A stretch of DNA of 64,000 nucleotides. It comes from an uncultured delta proteobacterium. GTDB taxonomy: Bacteria > Desulfobacterota > Binatia > Binatales > Binataceae. The notes beneath the pieces are model-generated. The model saw only the letters and a program-made list of their open reading frames with translations. It did not search any database and had not been told where the DNA came from. The translations under genes were made by a program, and so were the position numbers. The DNA lies in assembly GCA_963765675.1 (NCBI GenBank), contig CAVXXK010000001.1:672001-736000 (forward strand). The letters are read 5' to 3'. Of this stretch, positions 58,290 to 64,000 are shown piece after piece; position 1 is the first letter of the stretch, and the number at the start of each line of letters is the position of its first letter.

Positions 58290-58814
58290 ATGGCTCAAGA
58301 ACGCAAAGGCGCCGTCACGATGCGCGGCAATCCCATGACCCTGGTCGGCCCCGAAATCAAAGTTGGACAAAAGGCTCCCGCCTTCGCCTCAGTCGGCAAG
58401 GGTCTCGCGCCCGCGTCGCTGGATCAGTTCAAGGGCAAGGTCAAGATCATCAGCGCCGTGCCCTCGATCGATACCCCCGTGTGCGACGCAGAAACCCGGC
58501 GCTTCAACGAGGAAGCCTCGAAGCTTCCCGGCGATGTGCAGATCCTGACCATCTCGATGGATCTGCCGTTCGCGCAGGCGCGATGGTGCGGCGCGGCGGG
58601 CGTCGACAAGATCACAATGCTCAGCGACTACCGGGCGGCCGAGTTCGGGGAAAAATACGGCGCGCTCATAAAGGAGCTGCATCTGCTCGCGCGGGCGGTG
58701 TTCGTGGTCGACAAGAACGACAACGTTACCCACGTCGAGTATGTGAAGGAAGTCGCGAACCATCCGGACTACGACGCCGCGCTCAACGCCGCGAAAAAAG
58801 CGGCGGCCGCCTGA
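58290..58814 (+). CDS. tpx: Thiol peroxidase (atypical 2-Cys peroxiredoxin)
   Basis: VPSIDTPVC, TRRFNE, SMDLPFAQARWCG and LLARAVFV motifs. Confidence 0.95.
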   Translation: MAQERKGAVTMRGNPMTLVGPEIKVGQKAPAFASVGKGLAPASLDQFKGKVKIISAVPSIDTPVCDAETRRFNEEASKLPGDVQILTISMDLPFAQARWCGAAGVDKITMLSDYRAAEFGEKYGALIKELHLLARAVFVVDKNDNVTHVEYVKEVANHPDYDAALNAAKKAAAA

Positions 58815-59671
58815 TGCCGGACGCGACTCGTAAGCGTCCGGCGAGATCGTCTACGGCATCCGTTTCGGCGCCTAAACTCTCGCCAGTCACGCCCAGGCGT
58901 GGCTTGACCGGCGATGCGGGCGCGCGAGGCACGCGCACGCACGAGTTCCCGATAAATCTGAAGCGGGGATTGTACGAGGCGATTTTCCATCGCCGCGACA
59001 TCCGCGAGTTTCTGCCAGGCCCGATTCCTGACGCGACCCTGGCGCGAGTGTTGATCGCGGCGCATCATGCGGCCAGCGTCGGCTTCACGCAGCCGTGGGA
59101 TTTTATCGTGATCCGCGACCGCCCGCGCCGGGAGAAGGTGAAGCAGGTCTTCGAGACCGAACGCGCCAAGAACGCCGCCAAGTTCTCGGGCGCGCGCCGC
59201 GAGAAATTCCTCTCGCTCAAGCTCGAGGGCATTCTCGACGCTCCGATCAACTTGCTCGTCACCTGCACTCCCGGCCGTTTCGGCAAGAGCGTGCTCGGCA
59301 AGGTCAGTATCCGCGAGGTTGAGATCTATTCCGCATGCCTCGCGGTCGAGAATATCTGGCTCGCTGCGCGCGCCGAGGGCCTTGGAGTCGGATGGGTCAG
59401 TATCCTGCGAAACGACGCGTTGGCGGAAATTTTCGCGATCCCGCAGGACGTGATTCCTCTGGCCTACCTGTGCGTCGGCTACGTGAAGGATTTTCCGCTG
59501 CGTCCTCTGCTCGCGACTGCAGGATGGGCCGAGCGGCTGCCGCCGCGCGAATTGATTCACCTTGATTCATGGACGGGAACCGCTGACCGATCAGACGCGC
59601 TGGTGCGCGAGATCGAAAACCCCAAGATCTGGAGCGGGATCCTGCCTGACGAAGTGCCCGCAGAGCAGTAG
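58814..59671 (+). CDS. bluB: 5,6-dimethylbenzimidazole synthase
   Basis: RRDIREF, AASVGFTQPWDF, LKLEGI and WLAARAEGLGVGWVSI motifs; cobalamin gene context. Confidence 0.88.
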   Translation: MPDATRKRPARSSTASVSAPKLSPVTPRRGLTGDAGARGTRTHEFPINLKRGLYEAIFHRRDIREFLPGPIPDATLARVLIAAHHAASVGFTQPWDFIVIRDRPRREKVKQVFETERAKNAAKFSGARREKFLSLKLEGILDAPINLLVTCTPGRFGKSVLGKVSIREVEIYSACLAVENIWLAARAEGLGVGWVSILRNDALAEIFAIPQDVIPLAYLCVGYVKDFPLRPLLATAGWAERLPPRELIHLDSWTGTADRSDALVREIENPKIWSGILPDEVPAEQ

Positions 59672-59677
59672 GCGCGC

Positions 59678-60343
59678 TTGAACCGGTCCGTTCCGTGGCG
59701 ATGGCGAATCACGGCGCGCACTTTGATCGTGCGGTTTCCTGTTCCTTATCGCACGCTCGGCTGGGCTCCGCTCGGCGGCGGCTATGCGCGCACCCGGCTC
59801 ATCAGCAATCACCAGGTTGACAAATCTGATCGCCGCGCGACCGAGGCTCCGCAAATTGTTTTGCGCCGATGGATCCGCGCACTCGAGCCGGGAGCGGGTG
59901 CCGCCGTATCAATGATGACCGGGGCGCAGGTCGGCAACGCCGTCTACGTATGCGTGCGGCGAGGCGCGCTGGCAGTTGCCGCGTGGTGCACCGCGGGATG
60001 CTCCAATGCGCTGCGCGCGGGCGATCGCGCGACGGTTGCCGACACGCGGCCCGGCACGATCAACCTGATCGTCGCGATAAACGAGCCTCTGGGCGACGCC
60101 GCACTGGCCGAAGCGATCCAGATCGCGACCGAGGCGCGCGTGCTCGCGGTCCAGCAGACGGCACTCATGAGCACACGTTCGGGACTGCCCGCGACCGGAA
60201 CCGGCACGGACTGTATCGTGATCGCGGCGCCCGCCGGCCCGCGTGCGCATCCGTGGTGCGGCAAGCATACGCTTTTGGGCGAGCTGATCGCACGCGCTGC
60301 CCTCAAGAGCTGCGCCCGCGCGCTCGCGCGCAGCCGGTCGTGA
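59678..60343 (+). CDS. cbiZ: Adenosylcobinamide amidohydrolase
   Basis: MMTGA, TAGCSNA, GTINLIV, ATGTGTDC and GKHTLLGELI motifs. Confidence 0.88.
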   Translation: MNRSVPWRWRITARTLIVRFPVPYRTLGWAPLGGGYARTRLISNHQVDKSDRRATEAPQIVLRRWIRALEPGAGAAVSMMTGAQVGNAVYVCVRRGALAVAAWCTAGCSNALRAGDRATVADTRPGTINLIVAINEPLGDAALAEAIQIATEARVLAVQQTALMSTRSGLPATGTGTDCIVIAAPAGPRAHPWCGKHTLLGELIARAALKSCARALARSRS

Positions 60344-61308
60344 GCTACGCATTCCATCTTTCTATTCCGATGCTGGCTGCGGCGCTCGCGCTTGACCTTA
60401 TGCTCGGCGATCCGCGATGGCTGCCGCATCCGGTGCGCGCGCTCGGGATGCTTATTGAAAGAGGCGAACATCTCCTGCGCACCGGCGACGCGAGGCGCGA
60501 TCTCGTGCGCGGCGCGATCCTGACGGCGTGCGTCGTCGGAATCTCGGTAGGCGCGGCGTGGGCGATTGTCGCGCTCGCGAACTGGATTCATCCGCTAGTG
60601 GGTGCCCTCGCGGCAATTGGGGTCGCGTGGACGACGCTTGCGCTATGCGGCCTCGATCAGGCTGCGGGCGCGGTGGAAGGCGCGCTGGCGGCCGGCGACG
60701 ATGGAGCTGCCCGGCGCGCAATTCCCGCATTGGTGGGGCGCGACCCGGACGCTCTGGATCGTGCAGGGATGGCGCAGGCATGCGTCGAATCGGTGGCCGA
60801 AAACGCGAGCGACGGTGTGATCGCGCCGCTTCTATATCTGTTCGCGGGCGGACCCGTCGCCGCGATCGCCTACAAGGCGATCAATACGCTCGATTCGATG
60901 ATCGGATACCGCGACGAGCGCTACCTGTATTTCGGCCGCGCCGCCGCGCGCCTCGACGACGTCGCCAACTGGATCCCTGCGCGCCTGAGCGCGATCTGTA
61001 TTGCGATCGCGGCACAGTTAACCGCAGGCCGTGCGCGCGAAGCCGCCGCCGTGGTCATTTCCGACGCGCGGTCGCACGCGAGCCCCAATGCGGGTTACCC
61101 CGAAGCCGCGATGGCCGGAGCGCTGGGCGTGAGGCTCGGCGGCGCCGCGATCTACGGCGGTGAGCTCGAGCAGCGCGCGGTCCTGGGTAAATCCGGACGC
61201 GAAGCGGGCGTCGCGGATATCGGCGCCGCACGAAACCTGTTGCGCATCGCGACGCTCGTCGCATTCGTCGTGCTTGCAGCGGCGCGCTCGATCCTCCAAA
61301 TGTTGTGA
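60340..61308 (+). CDS. cbiB: Adenosylcobinamide-phosphate synthase
   Basis: GDPRWLPHPV, LVGRD, ESVAENASDGVIAP, YKAINTLDSMIGY and SPNAGYPEAA motifs. Confidence 0.93.
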   Translation: MSYAFHLSIPMLAAALALDLMLGDPRWLPHPVRALGMLIERGEHLLRTGDARRDLVRGAILTACVVGISVGAAWAIVALANWIHPLVGALAAIGVAWTTLALCGLDQAAGAVEGALAAGDDGAARRAIPALVGRDPDALDRAGMAQACVESVAENASDGVIAPLLYLFAGGPVAAIAYKAINTLDSMIGYRDERYLYFGRAAARLDDVANWIPARLSAICIAIAAQLTAGRAREAAAVVISDARSHASPNAGYPEAAMAGALGVRLGGAAIYGGELEQRAVLGKSGREAGVADIGAARNLLRIATLVAFVVLAAARSILQML

Positions 61309-61345
61309 AGAGCCTTGCGTGACTCATTCCAGTGAACTGATTCGT

Positions 61346-62419
61346 ATGAGCTCAATTCCTATCGACCGGCGGCACGGCGGTAATCCTCCCGTTGGCACGC
61401 TCGATTTCAGCGCGAGCATCAACCCTCTGGGACCGCCGGCGGCGGCGATCGCCGCGTATCACGACGCCGCCGCGCGGATCAGCGCGTATCCTCCTGCGCG
61501 CAGCGAGCGGCTCGAGCGCGCGCTCGCGAAGTGGTTCGCTGTCGAGCCCGCCAATGTTCTGGCTGGAAGCGGCACCACCCAGTTGATTCATCTGCTGGCG
61601 CGTACTCTCGGCGTGGCGCGCGCCGCGATCGCGATCCCGACCTTCAGCGAATTCGCCAACGCCCTCGCGATAGCCGGCGTTTCCACCGCGCCGATCTATC
61701 TCGATCCAGATCGCGGCTACGCGCTCGATCTCGCCGGGATCGACGGCGCACTCTCTGCCGGTGCCCGCGCGATTTTTATCGGGCGACCGAATAGCCCGAC
61801 CGGCTCGATGCTCGCCGCTGACACCATTCGCGAGATAGCCGATCGCTGCACGAACCGCGGCGCAGTCTGCGTCCTCGACGAGGCGTTCATCGATTTCGCG
61901 GAGGCGGAATCGTCAGCGCAGCTCGCAGCATCGCGCACCGGCCTTTTCGTCCTGCGCTCGCTCACCAAGTGTTTCGCGATTCCCGGTCTGCGACTCGGAT
62001 GCATCATCTCGGCGCCTGCCGCAATCGCTAACCTCGCCACGTCGATCGAGCCGTGGTCGGTGAACGTCGCCGCCGAGGCGGTCGGGCTTGCGTGTCTCGC
62101 CGAGGCGCATGGATTCCTCGCGCATACGCGCCAGGTGGTCGCGGCCGAGCGGAAATTCCTTGTGCGCGCTCTCGGTGCGATCGACGGGATTCACGTTTTT
62201 CCTTCGGCTGCCAATTTCCTGATGCTGCGAATCTCGGACGAGCCGGCGCCGGGCGCTTTCGCCGCGCATCTGCTGAACGACGGGATCGTGATACGCGATC
62301 TGGCGACGATGCCGGCTGCGGGCGCGGGACTCTACCGGATCGGAATCCGGTTGCGCGCCGACAATGAGCGCCTGATCGGCGCCGCGACGCGGTGGCCAGC
62401 CGCAAGGGCGGCAGGTTGA
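61346..62419 (+). CDS. cobD: L-threonine-O-3-phosphate decarboxylase
   Basis: HGG, DFSASINPLG, PNSPTG, DEAFIDF and RSLTKCFAIPGLRLG motifs; cobalamin gene context. Confidence 0.88.
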   Translation: MSSIPIDRRHGGNPPVGTLDFSASINPLGPPAAAIAAYHDAAARISAYPPARSERLERALAKWFAVEPANVLAGSGTTQLIHLLARTLGVARAAIAIPTFSEFANALAIAGVSTAPIYLDPDRGYALDLAGIDGALSAGARAIFIGRPNSPTGSMLAADTIREIADRCTNRGAVCVLDEAFIDFAEAESSAQLAASRTGLFVLRSLTKCFAIPGLRLGCIISAPAAIANLATSIEPWSVNVAAEAVGLACLAEAHGFLAHTRQVVAAERKFLVRALGAIDGIHVFPSAANFLMLRISDEPAPGAFAAHLLNDGIVIRDLATMPAAGAGLYRIGIRLRADNERLIGAATRWPAARAAG

Positions 62420-62459
62420 TACGCACGCGCCTGCGTGATGCGATAGCCGCGAACTTCCG

Positions 62460-63524
62460 ATGACCCTGCTTGAAGAAACAATCGCCGCGATCGCCCCGCT
62501 CGACGAAGCCGCCGCGCGCGCCGCCAGGACACGGCTCGATTCGCTCACCAAACCTCCCGGCAGCCTCGGAAGCCTTGAGGATATCGTGCAGCGCTACGCG
62601 GCTATTCGCGGCGATGGCTTGGCGCGGATGGGCAGCGGTACGCTTGCGGTGTTCGTGGCGGATCATGGTATCGCCGACGAAGGCGTCAGCGCATTTCCCC
62701 AAGCCGTCACGCTCGAGATGCTGCGCAATATCGCCGGCGGCGGCGCGGCGATAAGCGTTCTCGCGCGGCGCCTCGGCTACCAACTTGTCGTCGTCGACGT
62801 CGGCGTGAAGAGTGACACTAGTGCGTCGCCGCTTGCGGGCGTCACTTATCGACGAATCGGCTCGGGCACCAAGAATTTCGCGCACGGACCCTCAATGAAC
62901 GCGCGCGAGGTGCTCCGCGCGCTCGCGGCGGGCATCGAAATTGCCCGGCAGATTGCCGCGTCGGGCGCGACGCTGATCGGGATCGGTGAGATGGGTATCG
63001 CCAACAGCACCTCGGCCGCGGCAATCCTGTGCGCGACGACCGGACTTGCGCCCGCGGAGCTTGCGGGACGCGGAACCGGACTCGACGACGCAGGCGTGCG
63101 CCACAAGATCGGCGTGCTCGAACGCGCACTCGCGCGTCATCGCGATGCGCTCGTCAGCGGCGAAGCGATTCTGGCGTCAGTCGGCGGATTCGAGATCGCC
63201 GCGATGGCGGGAGTATGCATCGCAGGCGCAGCGCTGCGCATTCCGGTCGTGGTCGACGGATTTATCGCGACCGCGGCGGCGGCGGCAGCCGAGCGAATCC
63301 GTCCGGGCCTGTTCGATTACCTGTTTTTCGCGCATCGCTCGGCCGAGGGCGGCCATTCGCGCGCACTCGAACGGATGCGCGTGCGGCCGCTTCTCGACCT
63401 CGGGATGCGCCTGGGCGAGGGGACGGGCGCCGCGCTTGCGATGAACCTGATCGAGGCTGCGGTCGCGATGTTTCACTCGATGGCGACGTTCGAGTCGGCC
63501 GGCGTTTCGGGCAAGCTGCCGTAG
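62460..63524 (+). CDS. cobT: Nicotinate-nucleotide-dimethylbenzimidazole phosphoribosyltransferase
   Basis: LTKPPGSLGSLE, ADHG, GEMGIANST, GRGTG, DGFI and MRLGEGTGA motifs. Confidence 0.96.
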   Translation: MTLLEETIAAIAPLDEAAARAARTRLDSLTKPPGSLGSLEDIVQRYAAIRGDGLARMGSGTLAVFVADHGIADEGVSAFPQAVTLEMLRNIAGGGAAISVLARRLGYQLVVVDVGVKSDTSASPLAGVTYRRIGSGTKNFAHGPSMNAREVLRALAAGIEIARQIAASGATLIGIGEMGIANSTSAAAILCATTGLAPAELAGRGTGLDDAGVRHKIGVLERALARHRDALVSGEAILASVGGFEIAAMAGVCIAGAALRIPVVVDGFIATAAAAAAERIRPGLFDYLFFAHRSAEGGHSRALERMRVRPLLDLGMRLGEGTGAALAMNLIEAAVAMFHSMATFESAGVSGKLP

Positions 63525-63529
63525 TCGCG

Positions 63530-64000
63530 ATGAGCACCGCGCCAGACACCGGGCCTCTCGACTCGCCTGTGCGGGGCGTGGTCGCAGAGTTGCGCATAGC
63601 GGCGAGCTTTCTGACGATCGTTCCGATTCTTCCACGCAACCGGATCGACGATGAATCGGTCGCGGCGTCCTTTGGATGGTTCCCGCTTGTCGGGTTCGCG
63701 ATCGCGGTCGTTCTTTCGCTCGAGGATTTTATTCTCGCGCGATTTTTCGACCTGACGATTCGCTCGATCCTGATCGTGCTCTCGCTGACGATCGTCACCG
63801 GCGCGCTGCATCTGGACGGACTCGCCGACACGGCGGATGCTCTCGGCGCGGGCCGCGATCGCGATCGTGCGCTGGAGATTCTGCGCGATAGCCGGATCGG
63901 CAGCTTCGGCACCGCGGCGATTTTTTTCGCGCTCACGCTTAAGGTTGTCGCGCTCGCGACGCTCTACGGAGCGCGTCGTTACACCGCGATCTTTGCGGCG
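63530..64000 (+). CDS. cobS: Adenosylcobinamide-GDP ribazoletransferase (partial, runs off window)
   Basis: Not in the ORF track. It translates with FLTIVP, WFPLVG, TGALHLDGLADTAD and ILRDSRIGSFG. Confidence 0.93.
   Translation, partial: MSTAPDTGPLDSPVRGVVAELRIAASFLTIVPILPRNRIDDESVAASFGWFPLVGFAIAVVLSLEDFILARFFDLTIRSILIVLSLTIVTGALHLDGLADTADALGAGRDRDRALEILRDSRIGSFGTAAIFFALTLKVVALATLYGARRYTAIFAA

Noticed and set aside
58481-58813. Apparent long N-terminal extension or fusion on BluB (similar track extensions on cbiB, cobD, DUF1460, the 22196 GT2 and the CMD protein)
   Set aside because: These extensions overlap neighbouring genes in other frames; downstream starts with an RBS or translational coupling fit better.

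Overview
A GC-rich bacterial chromosome segment. The gene repertoire is reminiscent of Ca. Binatota or related lineages; this is an impression, not a determination. In order, it holds: (1) a divergent pair of a secreted cupredoxin-like gene and a wHTH-STAND ATPase-TPR regulator, separated by 11-bp-periodic heptamer repeats; (2) GST, LLM oxidoreductase and small lipoprotein genes; (3) a ~28 kb Wzx/Wzy exopolysaccharide locus (8.5-36.8 kb) with an FkbH/ACP module, a WbpB/D/E-like amino-sugar pathway, an ExeA ATPase, a degenerate tyrosine kinase and an embedded NtrC-type two-component system; (4) a DOMON/DUF1460/GT2/DUF4922/SpoIID cluster, probably for peptidoglycan recycling; (5) housekeeping genes and a selenocysteine tRNA (selC); (6) a sulfatase-associated block; (7) a PrdB-like selenoprotein that the ORF track splits at an in-frame TGA (UxxC) followed by a SECIS-like hairpin; (8) a tpx-bluB-cbiZ-cbiB-cobD-cobT-cobS cobamide remodeling operon running off the window end. 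Four good sigma54 -24/-12 promoters and one weaker one lie in or near the EPS locus, each near a shared TGTAA-N3-TTACA-like element. Four single-base frameshifts may be real lesions or assembly errors. No CRISPR array, integrase or transposase was seen. All family assignments come from motif recognition by eye, not database searches.
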